Source of the DNA: an uncultured Chloroflexia bacterium
GTDB taxonomy: Bacteria > Chloroflexota > Dehalococcoidia > SM23-28-2 > RBG-16-64-32
Length of the DNA: 64,000 bases
Assembly (NCBI GenBank): GCA_963717065.1
Contig: CAVQVC010000001.1
Location: forward strand, 1,681,001-1,745,000
Direction: 5' to 3'
The stretch's first letter is position 1. Every line of letters begins with the position of its first letter. This document shows positions 25,256 to 34,108 of this stretch, one piece after another. Under the pieces are notes generated by a model that saw only the letters and a list, made by a program, of their open reading frames with translations, was not told the DNA's origin and made no database searches. A program made the translations under genes and the position numbers.

Positions 25256-26203
25256 GTGAGCGACGACAGACTCCTGCCCGCCGACTGGCAGCGCGGCCCG
25301 CGCTACGGCGGCGCCTACACCTTCGCCCGCTGCCCCGCCTCCCGCGACCTCTCCCGCGCAGACGCGGCCATCGTCGGCGTGCCCATGGACATGGCGACCC
25401 TCTACCGCTCCGGCGCACGCTTTGGGCCGCGCGCCATCCGCGACGCCTCCGGCCAGCTCCGCCCCCACCACTGGGACCCCGACAAGCTCGAGCCCCCATA
25501 CGACACCCTCCGCGTCATCGACTACGGCGACATCGAGGTCTTCCCCGGCTACATCGACCAGTCCATGGACCACATCCAGGCCGAGCTCGCCCCCATCTTC
25601 CAGTCCGGCGTCTTCCCCATCGTCCTCGGCGGCGACCACTCCACCACGCTCCCCATCCTCCGCGCTGCCTCCGCCCTCCACGGCACGATGTCCCTCGTCC
25701 ACTTCGACGCCCACCCCGACTTCTGGCCACCAACCAGCGAAGAGCGGCCCTACCACCACGGGACGGTCTTCCACCACGCCGTGAAGGAAGGCCTCATCGA
25801 CCCCGCCGCGTCGGTCCAGATCGGCATCCGCGGCTCGCTCTCGGCCAGTATCGTCGCCGAAGCGCGCGACGCCGGCTTCCACGTCATCACCGCCGACGAG
25901 TTCGCCCACCAGGGCGTCCGCGCGACCGTCGAAGCCGTGCAGCGCGCCGCCAGCCTCCCCGTCTACGTCTCGCTGGACATCGATTCCGTCGACCCCGCCT
26001 TCGCGCCCGGCACCGGCACCCCCGAAGTCGCCGGCCTCAGCAGCCGCGAGATCGTCGAGCTCGTCCGCGGCCTGCGCGGCCTCCCCCTCGCCGGCTTCGA
26101 CGTCGTCGAGGTCGCCCCCGCCTACGACTCCGCCGAGATCACCGCCCTCCTCGCCGCTAACCTGGTCTTCGAGCTCCTCCTCGTCCTCGCCGAACGCCGG
26201 TAG
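25256..26203 (+). CDS. agmatinase/ureohydrolase (arginase family)
   Basis: GVPMDMATLYRSGARFGPRAIR, GGDHSTTLPIL, HFDAHPDF and SLDIDSVDPAFAPGTGTPE are the Mn-binding motifs of the arginase/agmatinase family. Substrate cannot be assigned from sequence alone. GTG start. Confidence 0.9.
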   Translation: MSDDRLLPADWQRGPRYGGAYTFARCPASRDLSRADAAIVGVPMDMATLYRSGARFGPRAIRDASGQLRPHHWDPDKLEPPYDTLRVIDYGDIEVFPGYIDQSMDHIQAELAPIFQSGVFPIVLGGDHSTTLPILRAASALHGTMSLVHFDAHPDFWPPTSEERPYHHGTVFHHAVKEGLIDPAASVQIGIRGSLSASIVAEARDAGFHVITADEFAHQGVRATVEAVQRAASLPVYVSLDIDSVDPAFAPGTGTPEVAGLSSREIVELVRGLRGLPLAGFDVVEVAPAYDSAEITALLAANLVFELLLVLAERR

Positions 26204-26380
26204 CGCACGACGGCCTGCGTAGAGGCGCAGCAACGGTGACGCCCGTTGGCAGGCCCCTGTGCTTGAATCACGGTTACCGGCCGTTCGCGGTAGACGCCCG
26301 TTGCTGCGCCCGACGGACGCCCCGCAATTGGCACACCAACACGCGAACCACCACCCCCAACTGTCGTTATCATTAGACCC

Positions 26381-27310
26381 ATGCAGCAGCCTGACATCAT
26401 CCTCGCCCGTGGCCTGACCAAGCGCTACGGCGACTTCACCGCCGTCGACGGCATCTCATTCACGGTGCGGCGAGGAGAATGCTTCGGCTTCCTCGGCCCA
26501 AACGGCGCCGGCAAGACGACGACGATCCGCATGATCACCTGCGTCTCGCCGGTGACGGACGGCTCGCTGACCGTGGACAGCATGCACGTGCAGGTCGATC
26601 AGCGCGCGATAAAGTCCATCCTCGGCGTCGTGCCCCAGGACGACAATCTCGACCCGGAGCTGACCGTGCGCCAGAACCTGCGCGCCTACGCCCGCTACTT
26701 CGAGATGCCGAAGCAGGTGTCCGAGGCGCGCATCAACGAGGTGCTCGAGATCTTCCAGCTCGCCGAGAAGCAGAAGGACAAGATCGACTCGCTCTCGGGC
26801 GGCCTCAAGCGCCGCCTGACCGTCGCCCGCGGGCTGCTTAACTCACCGAAGATACTTGTCCTCGACGAGCCGACCACCGGCCTCGACCCGCAGGCGCGGC
26901 ACCTCGTCTGGCAGAAGCTGCGTCAGCTCCGCGACCGCGGCGTGACGATGCTCCTGACCACGCACTACATGGAGGAGGCCGCGAGGCTCTGTGACCGCCT
27001 GGTCGTGCTGCACCAGGGCCGCATCATCGCCAAGGGCACCCCAGACGAGCTGATCGTCCGTTACGCCGGCCGCGACGTCGTCGAGATCCAGGCGACGCCG
27101 GAGGAGCGCAACGCCGTTCTCGCCTATCTGCAAGGCCACGACGGCGTCACCGTCGAGGAAGGCGGCGACATCCTCTACGTCTACTCGCGCGGCGAGAACG
27201 GCTTCAACCCGGCGTCCCTGCGCGAGCTTGCCGAGCGTTTGGTCTACCGCAGCGCCAACCTTGAAGACGTGTTTCTCAAGCTCACCGGCAGGGGACTAGC
27301 GGAAGAATGA
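26381..27310 (+). CDS. ABC transporter ATP-binding protein (ABC-2/DrrA-like)
   Basis: Walker A GPNGAGKTT, signature LSGGLKRRL, Walker B ILVLDEPTTGLD. Confidence 0.9.
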   Translation: MQQPDIILARGLTKRYGDFTAVDGISFTVRRGECFGFLGPNGAGKTTTIRMITCVSPVTDGSLTVDSMHVQVDQRAIKSILGVVPQDDNLDPELTVRQNLRAYARYFEMPKQVSEARINEVLEIFQLAEKQKDKIDSLSGGLKRRLTVARGLLNSPKILVLDEPTTGLDPQARHLVWQKLRQLRDRGVTMLLTTHYMEEAARLCDRLVVLHQGRIIAKGTPDELIVRYAGRDVVEIQATPEERNAVLAYLQGHDGVTVEEGGDILYVYSRGENGFNPASLRELAERLVYRSANLEDVFLKLTGRGLAEE

Positions 27311-28113
27311 CCACGCTAGCCGTCCCGCGCACCATCCGCGCCGCCTGGAAGCGCCCGGACATCTCGTGGCTCGCCGTTCGTGTCTGGCAACGCAACCGGG
27401 ATGTCTTCATGAACATCTGGAAGTCGGAGGCGATCTGGCCGTTTGTGGAACCGCTCCTGACGCTCATCGCGCTGGGGTTCGGCCTCGGTAAGTTCATCGA
27501 ACTGGATGACGAACAGAGCTACATCGAGTTCATCGGCCCCGGCCTGCTGGCTGTCTACGCGATGTGGATGGCCAGCGCCGAGGCCTGCTGGGGCGCCTAC
27601 TTCCGCATGGAACAGAAGACCTTCGACGCCATCATCTCCACCCCCGCAAGCATCGACGATGTAAGCAGCGGAGAGGTCCTCTGGGCCTCTACACGCTCGT
27701 TCATCAGCGTCGTCTGCATCTTCATCGTCGTGCTCGTATTCGGCGCCCTCACCTCACCGATGGCGCTCCTCATCCTGCCACTGGCCGTCCTGCCCGGGCT
27801 GATGTTCGGATCCATATCCCTCTGCTACGCGGCCATCGCGCGATCGGTCAGCTCGCTGAACTACTTCTTCGCGGTCTACATCACGCCGCAGTTCTGGCTC
27901 GCCGGCGTCTTCTTTCCGATCGACGATATGCCGAAGTGGGTGCAAATCGTCGCATGGTTCATGCCGGCGTTCCACGTCGTCGAACTGTATCGCGCCCTCG
28001 CCACAGGCAACCTAGTGTGGACGAACATCGCGAACATCCTCTGGATCCTCATTGTGACGGCGGTATTCTACGCACTCGCGCTCTCGCTGATGAGACGCCG
28101 CCTCGTGAAGTAG
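27307..28113 (+). CDS. ABC-2 type transporter permease
   Basis: 268-aa six-TM ORF overlapping the ATPase stop by 4 nt. Typical ABC-2 exporter partner. Confidence 0.85.
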   Translation: MTTLAVPRTIRAAWKRPDISWLAVRVWQRNRDVFMNIWKSEAIWPFVEPLLTLIALGFGLGKFIELDDEQSYIEFIGPGLLAVYAMWMASAEACWGAYFRMEQKTFDAIISTPASIDDVSSGEVLWASTRSFISVVCIFIVVLVFGALTSPMALLILPLAVLPGLMFGSISLCYAAIARSVSSLNYFFAVYITPQFWLAGVFFPIDDMPKWVQIVAWFMPAFHVVELYRALATGNLVWTNIANILWILIVTAVFYALALSLMRRRLVK

Positions 28114-28122
28114 AATACGGTC

Positions 28123-28803
28123 ATGGCGCCCCCGCTCATCGCCATCCCGCACTGGCGCGCCCCCACCTGGGAGCGTACGAAGTACTACTACGATTCGCTC
28201 AAAGAGGCCGGCGCCACGTACGTAATCCTCGACGGCGACCACCTACCGGGTGCCGTCGACGGCCTGCTGCTGACGGGCGGAGTGGACGTCAACCCGAGTC
28301 TCTACGGCGAGAAGCGCGGCCCCAAGACAGACCGGCCAAATAACGAACGCGACACCCAGGAGCTGCACCTGCTCGAACAGGCTGTCGAGCGGGACCTGCC
28401 CACCCTCTGCATCTGCCGCGGCCACCAGCTGATGAACGTCTTCTTCGGCGGCAGCGTACTCCAGGACATCGAGGACGAAAGCCACCGATGGAATGACGAT
28501 GCGTCGTCCCGATACCACCCTGTCACGTTCAGGGGTGGACGCATCGGGGAGGTTTACGGCGCCGGCGCGACCTCGCGCGTCAATTCTCGCCACCACCAGG
28601 GCATCTCGGCAGATCGAGTGGCTACCGGCCTGGAGGTCACGGCGTGCTCCCCTGACGGGTTCGCGGAATGCCTGGAGAGTACCGAACACCAGTGGGTGAT
28701 GGGTGTGCAGTGGCACCCCGAACGGCCGGAGATGCACCCCGACTCCGATTCGCTCTGGCATGCATTCGTCCGGGTCACCGAAGTAGCAAAACTGCAACAC
28801 TAA
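28123..28803 (+). CDS. class I glutamine amidotransferase-like hydrolase, peptidase C26 (gamma-glutamyl-GABA hydrolase/PuuD-like)
   Basis: LLLTGGVDVNPSLYGE, LCICRGHQLMNVFFGG (nucleophile Cys) and GVQWHPE. Confidence 0.85.
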   Translation: MAPPLIAIPHWRAPTWERTKYYYDSLKEAGATYVILDGDHLPGAVDGLLLTGGVDVNPSLYGEKRGPKTDRPNNERDTQELHLLEQAVERDLPTLCICRGHQLMNVFFGGSVLQDIEDESHRWNDDASSRYHPVTFRGGRIGEVYGAGATSRVNSRHHQGISADRVATGLEVTACSPDGFAECLESTEHQWVMGVQWHPERPEMHPDSDSLWHAFVRVTEVAKLQH

Positions 28804-28874
28804 CCCCCTAAACACCAGCAACGCTCGCTGGTATCCTGTTCCTTGAGCCAGCGGGAGCCCCATCCTGACAAGCC

Positions 28875-30239
28875 ATGCAGCAACAACGCGTACATTTCGC
28901 CCACACCTCCGACGGCGTCACGATCGCCTGGGTCGCCCACGGCCACGGCTTCCCATTGATCCTCGCGCCGAGCTGGATCTCCCATATCGAGATCGAGGTT
29001 CAGCTACCACAGGTGCGCCAGGTTATCGAAACGCTATCGGAACCATCGGACCGCATGGTCGTGCGCTACGACGGCCGAGGATGCGGCCTCTCGGACCGCA
29101 ACGTCGAAGACCTCAGCGCTGATGCGCGTGCCCGCGATCTAGAGGCAGTAATCGAGGCGAATAACGTGGAGAAAGCCGCGATCTTCGCCTGGTCTATGGG
29201 CGGGCCGCCGGCAATCATCTACGCGGCCAATCACCCTGAGCGTGTGAGTCATCTTATTCTGGCCTCAACGTTCGCGCGCCCGTTCGCCCGCGACCGCGGA
29301 AAGGTGGGACGGGCTCTCGTGGACCTCACCCGCGCTCACTGGGGGATCGGCGCGAAGGCGGTGTTCGAGTTCATCTACCCAAGCGCGCCGAGGGAGATCG
29401 CCGACGCTACGACGGCTTACTTCAACGCAGCATCCAGCGGCGAGGTAGCGGCCACAATCATGGAGGAGAGCCTATTCACCGTGGACGTTCGCGAGCATTT
29501 GTCGAAGCTGACGATGCCGGTTCTCGTCCTCCATCGCCGCGACGACGACGCTGTCGAATTCGAGATGGGGCGAGAGCTGGCAGCATTGTTGCCGCACGGC
29601 CACTTCCTGCCACTGCCCGGAAACACTCATTCACCATTCTTCGGCGATTCTCAGGCCGTGGTCGACGCGATCAACGACTTCCTGGGCACGAGGGACGGTC
29701 ATCACGAGCCAACGGCGATTCCCGCCCGCGCGGAGGCCCCGGGAGGCTTGCAGATCATTCTCTTCACCGACATGGAGGGATCAACCAACCTTACACAGCA
29801 ACTCGGCGACGAGCGCGCACAGAAACTCGTGCGGGCGCATAACACGATCGTTCGCGACGCACTGCAGGAGCATGGCGGGGCTGAGATCAAGCACACTGGA
29901 GACGGCATCATGGCCTCCTTCCCTTCAGCCAGCCGAGCGCTCGAGGCGGCTGTCGCCATCCAACAGGCGTTCGAGGAGCATAACAAAGACTCCGACGACA
30001 CGGTACGGGTGCGCATCGGAGTCAACGCGGGCGAGCCTGTGGCCGAGGAAGAGGACATCTTCGGCGCCGCCGTACAACTTGCCTCGCGAGTTTGCGCACA
30101 GGCCCGCCCCGGCCAGATCCTCGTCTCCAACGTCGTGCGCGAGCTGACGATGGGCAAGGGATTTCTCTTCGCCGACCAGGGGGACGTCATGCTTCGCGGC
30201 TTCGAAGATCCGGTCCGGTTGTATGAGGTGCCCTGGTAG
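28875..30239 (+). CDS. alpha/beta-hydrolase-fold / class III cyclase fusion, paralog 2
   Basis: Same architecture as 9895..11247. Hydrolase part has AWSMGG (Ser retained). Cyclase part has LFTDMEGST, HTGDGIMASF, VRIGVNAGEP and FGAAVQLASRV. Confidence 0.85.
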   Translation: MQQQRVHFAHTSDGVTIAWVAHGHGFPLILAPSWISHIEIEVQLPQVRQVIETLSEPSDRMVVRYDGRGCGLSDRNVEDLSADARARDLEAVIEANNVEKAAIFAWSMGGPPAIIYAANHPERVSHLILASTFARPFARDRGKVGRALVDLTRAHWGIGAKAVFEFIYPSAPREIADATTAYFNAASSGEVAATIMEESLFTVDVREHLSKLTMPVLVLHRRDDDAVEFEMGRELAALLPHGHFLPLPGNTHSPFFGDSQAVVDAINDFLGTRDGHHEPTAIPARAEAPGGLQIILFTDMEGSTNLTQQLGDERAQKLVRAHNTIVRDALQEHGGAEIKHTGDGIMASFPSASRALEAAVAIQQAFEEHNKDSDDTVRVRIGVNAGEPVAEEEDIFGAAVQLASRVCAQARPGQILVSNVVRELTMGKGFLFADQGDVMLRGFEDPVRLYEVPW

Positions 30240-30531
30240 CACCACGCGGCCCAAATTCGATCGCGCCTGGCGCTTCCCCGAATGCCGGTCTCGCGGATTC
30301 TCGCCCAGGTTGCACTGGACAGAGCGTGAAATCACCGGAATTCGCTCGAAATTACCGGACAATAACACTATCTGTATAGCCGCCTATCGGTTATCATAAT
30401 TACGTGACCCGAAATACCTTCGCGGCGAGTTGCCGCGTGTGCGTCGCACGACGTAGCTGCAGTGCCTTTCCCGCACTGCCCAGGACAGGTTCCAGGCCTG
30501 CCTCCACGACGCTTCGGACAGGAGCTTTCAC

Positions 30532-33153
30532 ATGACACTCGAACCCTCTTCTATTGGCAACGTACGCCCCATAAAGATCGAGGAAGAGATGCGCTCTTCC
30601 TATCTCGACTACGCGATGTCAGTCATCGTGGCGCGCGCGCTACCGGACATCCGCGACGGCCTCAAGCCAGTACAACGTCGAATCCTCTACGCGATGCACG
30701 AGATGGGCTACAACGCGAACGCCCGGTATCGGAAGTGCGCTGGTATCGTCGGCGAAGTCCTCAAGAACTACCACCCGCACGGAGACTCACCGGTGTACGA
30801 GGCGCTGGTACGCTTGGCGCAGCCGTTCTCGCTCCGCTACCCGCTCATCGACGGGCAGGGAAACTTCGGCTCTGTCGACGGCGACCCTCCCGCTGCGTAC
30901 CGGTACACGGAAGCGCGCCTTACCCGAGTCGCGATGGAGCTGCTGGCGGACATTGACAAGAACACCGTCGACTTCTTCCCCAACTTCGACGAGGAGATGA
31001 CGGAGCCGAACCCGCTGCCGGCGCGGCTGCCAAACCTGCTGGCGAACGGCGCCGCCGGAATCGCCGTGGGGATGGCGACGAACATCCCGCCACACAACCT
31101 GAAGGAGCTCTGTGACGCGATCGCGCTGCTGATCGACAACCCCGAGGCGACCACGGAGGACCTCACCGCGATCGTGAAGGGCCCGGACTTCCCGACAGGC
31201 GGCCTCGCCTTCCGTCTCGAGAGGGTGCGCGTCCCCGCCGTCGAAGGCCAGGGGCCCACATTCGAGACGAGGGATGCAATTCGCAACGCCTACGCCGACG
31301 GCAAGGGTCGCATCGTCTGCAGGGCGCGCGTGAGCATAGAAGAGGCTTCGAAGGGCAATCGGAACTACATCATTGTCAACGAGCTCCCTTACCAGACGAA
31401 CAAAGCCGCCCTGGTCGAGAAGATCGCTGACCTCGTCCGCTCCAAGCGCATCGACGGCATCGCCGACCTGCGTGACGAGTCGGACCGGCACGGCATGCGC
31501 ATCGTGATCGAGCTAAAGCGTGAGGCGCACCCCAAATCGGTGCTGAGCGCGCTGTACAAGCACACTGCGATGCAGTCCACCTTCGCCGTGAACATGCTGG
31601 CGCTCGTTGATCGGCAACCACGCACGGTCTCGCTGAAGAAAATCCTCGACTCTTACATCAACCACCGGCGCGACGTCATTCGTCGGCGGTCGGAATTCGA
31701 CCTGGAGAAGGCGCGGGAGCGTGCTCATGTCCTCGAAGGCCTCCTCAAGGCCATCGACATGCTGGACCAGGTGATCAAGACGATCCGTGGCGCCGACTCG
31801 GCTGAGGACGCCAAGGCCAAGCTGATGGCGAAGCCGTTTGACCTGAGCGACCGCCAGGCGCAGGCCGTCCTGGACATGCAGCTCCGCCGCCTTGCCAAAC
31901 TGGAGCGCGGCAAGATCCAGGACGAGTACAAGGAACTGATCACGGAGATCAATTACCTGGAAGACCTCCTGGCCAACCCCCGCAAGATCGACTTCCTCAT
32001 CCGTGACGATGTCGTCGACCTCAAGGACAAGTATGGAGACGACCGGCGCACCCTGATCATGGACCAGGAGCCGGAGGACTTCACGGAAGAAGACCTCGTC
32101 GCGCACCAGGAGGTTGTCGTCTCGATCTCCAGCCGTGGCTACATCAAGCGTGTGCCTTTGAGCACGTATCGCGCACAGCACCGTGGTGGCGTGGGCATCA
32201 TCGGCATGAAGACACGAGACAACGACGCCGTTCGCCATCTCGTGGTCGCCGACACGCACGATAAACTGATCTTCTTCACCGACCGCGGCCGCTGCTTCCA
32301 GGTGAAGACCTGGGAGATCACAGACGAGTCCCGGCAGGCACGCGGAGAATCGATCATGCAGCTCCTGATGCTGAATCAAACGGAGCGCGTGACGGCTCTC
32401 GTACGCATCCCGCCGGACCACGAGAGTGACTTCATGCTCATGTCCACGAAGCTGGGCGAGATAAAGAAGACGCCGCTCAAGGCCTTCGCTAACGTCCGCC
32501 GTGATGGCCTCAATGCAATGGACCTCGAGCCGGCGGACGAGTTGGTCTCGGCGCACCTGGCGACCGACGACGACGAAGCGATCATAGTCACCGCCCGGGG
32601 GCAGTCGCTGAAGTTCCGCGTCGGACTACTGCGCTCGGCATCCCGACTTTCCGGTGGCGTGCGAGGGATCAGGCTCGGTTCCGGCGACACCGTTGTCGGC
32701 ATGGATATCGTGCAACCGGGGCTCGCTTTGCTCGTCGTAAGCCAGTTCGGCTTCGGCAAGCGCACGCCAGTCGACGACTACCCGCTGCAGGGCCGTGGCG
32801 GCCAGGGAGTCCGCACGTTCAAAACGATCCCCAAGACGGGCGAGTTGATCGCCGCCCGGATGGTCGACGCGGAGCACGAAATGGTGCTCATCTCTCAGGA
32901 AGGCACCATCCTGCGTACCCCGGTCGCGCATATCTCGCTTCAGGGTCGCTCTACGCAGGGAGTCACGCTGATGGATGTGGGCGACGACGACCGCGTAGCC
33001 GCTATAGCAGTCGTCGACATGAGCAAGGACTTCAGCGCGATAGAAGCTTTGCCTACGGGCGCTGAGGTCAAGGAAGCCGAGGACGGAAAGAAGCCTCGGC
33101 GCACCCGCGCATCAACCGACGGCAACGGCACGACTCCTGAGACAGAGGCGTAG
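30532..33153 (+). CDS. gyrA: DNA gyrase subunit A
   Basis: [36 protein letters not shown], active-site [10 protein letters not shown], GyrA-box-like [10 protein letters not shown], then beta-pinwheel repeats. Confidence 0.97.
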   Translation: MTLEPSSIGNVRPIKIEEEMRSSYLDYAMSVIVARALPDIRDGLKPVQRRILYAMHEMGYNANARYRKCAGIVGEVLKNYHPHGDSPVYEALVRLAQPFSLRYPLIDGQGNFGSVDGDPPAAYRYTEARLTRVAMELLADIDKNTVDFFPNFDEEMTEPNPLPARLPNLLANGAAGIAVGMATNIPPHNLKELCDAIALLIDNPEATTEDLTAIVKGPDFPTGGLAFRLERVRVPAVEGQGPTFETRDAIRNAYADGKGRIVCRARVSIEEASKGNRNYIIVNELPYQTNKAALVEKIADLVRSKRIDGIADLRDESDRHGMRIVIELKREAHPKSVLSALYKHTAMQSTFAVNMLALVDRQPRTVSLKKILDSYINHRRDVIRRRSEFDLEKARERAHVLEGLLKAIDMLDQVIKTIRGADSAEDAKAKLMAKPFDLSDRQAQAVLDMQLRRLAKLERGKIQDEYKELITEINYLEDLLANPRKIDFLIRDDVVDLKDKYGDDRRTLIMDQEPEDFTEEDLVAHQEVVVSISSRGYIKRVPLSTYRAQHRGGVGIIGMKTRDNDAVRHLVVADTHDKLIFFTDRGRCFQVKTWEITDESRQARGESIMQLLMLNQTERVTALVRIPPDHESDFMLMSTKLGEIKKTPLKAFANVRRDGLNAMDLEPADELVSAHLATDDDEAIIVTARGQSLKFRVGLLRSASRLSGGVRGIRLGSGDTVVGMDIVQPGLALLVVSQFGFGKRTPVDDYPLQGRGGQGVRTFKTIPKTGELIAARMVDAEHEMVLISQEGTILRTPVAHISLQGRSTQGVTLMDVGDDDRVAAIAVVDMSKDFSAIEALPTGAEVKEAEDGKKPRRTRASTDGNGTTPETEA

Positions 33154-33159
33154 CGCATA

Positions 33160-33624
33160 GTGGGGGCCGTCGCCGATCGGCTGCAGGTCCTGGGACTCGA
33201 ACTCCCTGAACGCCGTTCCTACGGCAAGTACGTCGGAGCTGTACGCGCCGGCGATCTGATATTTATCTCCGGCGCCGGTCCAGGCGGCCCGGACGGCTTT
33301 ATCGTCGGCAAGGTGGGCAAGGATGTCGATGTGCCCACCGCGCAAGAAGCCGCCCGTTGGTGCGTCATGCACTGTCTGAGCGCCCTCGAGCAAGAGATCG
33401 GCGACCTCGACCACGTTCGTCGCATCGTCAAGCTGCTCGGGTTCGTGAATAGCGCCCCGGGGTTTACTGAGCAGCCGGCCGTAATGGACGGCGCCTCAGG
33501 CCTCCTGCTAGAGTTGTTCGCAGAAAGAGGCCAGCACGCCCGTAGTTCCGTCGGCGTCGCGGAGTTGCCGCTCAACATCGCTGTTGAGGTCGAGATGATC
33601 GTAGACGCGCCGGCCGGGACGTGA
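33160..33624 (+). CDS. RidA/YjgF-family protein
   Basis: GDLIFISGAGP...ARSSVGVAELPLNIAVEVEMIV is typical of RidA/YjgF. GTG start. Confidence 0.85.
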   Translation: MGAVADRLQVLGLELPERRSYGKYVGAVRAGDLIFISGAGPGGPDGFIVGKVGKDVDVPTAQEAARWCVMHCLSALEQEIGDLDHVRRIVKLLGFVNSAPGFTEQPAVMDGASGLLLELFAERGQHARSSVGVAELPLNIAVEVEMIVDAPAGT

Positions 33625-33655
33625 CGGTGCAGCGTTCGGAGGTGGTCGTTCCATC

Positions 33656-34108
33656 ATGACCCGCAAGACCGCCGACATGTTCTCCCAGTTCGAGCACATC
33701 CGCGAGCGGATGGAGCAGGCATACAAGCGCGTCCTTGGCCCGCCAGGAGGAGCCGGCGGACCGGGGTTTGGCGTCTCCTTCCTGGAACCCTCCGCAGACA
33801 TCTTCGAGACGGACAAGGAAGTCGTCGTGGTCATCGAATTGGCAGGCATCTCCGGGGCGGAAATCGAAATCGAGATCGAGGGCAGAGTCCTCACTCTCCA
33901 GGGGGAGCGCAAACCGCTCCCGGCGCGACCTCGAATGAGCTATTCACAGATCGAGATCGCTAACGGGCGCTTCCGGCGTGATCTACTTCTGCCCGCAGAG
34001 GTGGACGCCGAGCAGGCAACGGCCACCTATCAGGATGGAATGCTTGAGGTCGTACTCCCCAAAGCAGGCTCGCCTTTCAACCGACACCTGAGGATCGTTG
34101 CCCGCTAA
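33656..34108 (+). CDS. Hsp20/alpha-crystallin small heat-shock protein
   Basis: ADIFETDKEVVVVIELAGISGAEIEIEIEGRVLTLQGER...FRRDLLLPAEVDAEQATATYQDGMLEVVLPK. GGAGG RBS. Confidence 0.85.
   Translation: MTRKTADMFSQFEHIRERMEQAYKRVLGPPGGAGGPGFGVSFLEPSADIFETDKEVVVVIELAGISGAEIEIEIEGRVLTLQGERKPLPARPRMSYSQIEIANGRFRRDLLLPAEVDAEQATATYQDGMLEVVLPKAGSPFNRHLRIVAR

Noticed and set aside
25052-26233. 393-aa minus-strand ORF rich in Gly/Ala/Asp/Glu
   Set aside because: It is antisense to the ureohydrolase gene with its full set of Mn-binding motifs, and its composition is low-complexity.
30532-33153. gyrA without an adjacent gyrB, and QRDR differences (A84P, D87E relative to E. coli numbering)
   Set aside because: Unlinked gyrA and gyrB are common in many phyla. 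The QRDR differences are natural lineage variation, not evidence of acquired resistance.
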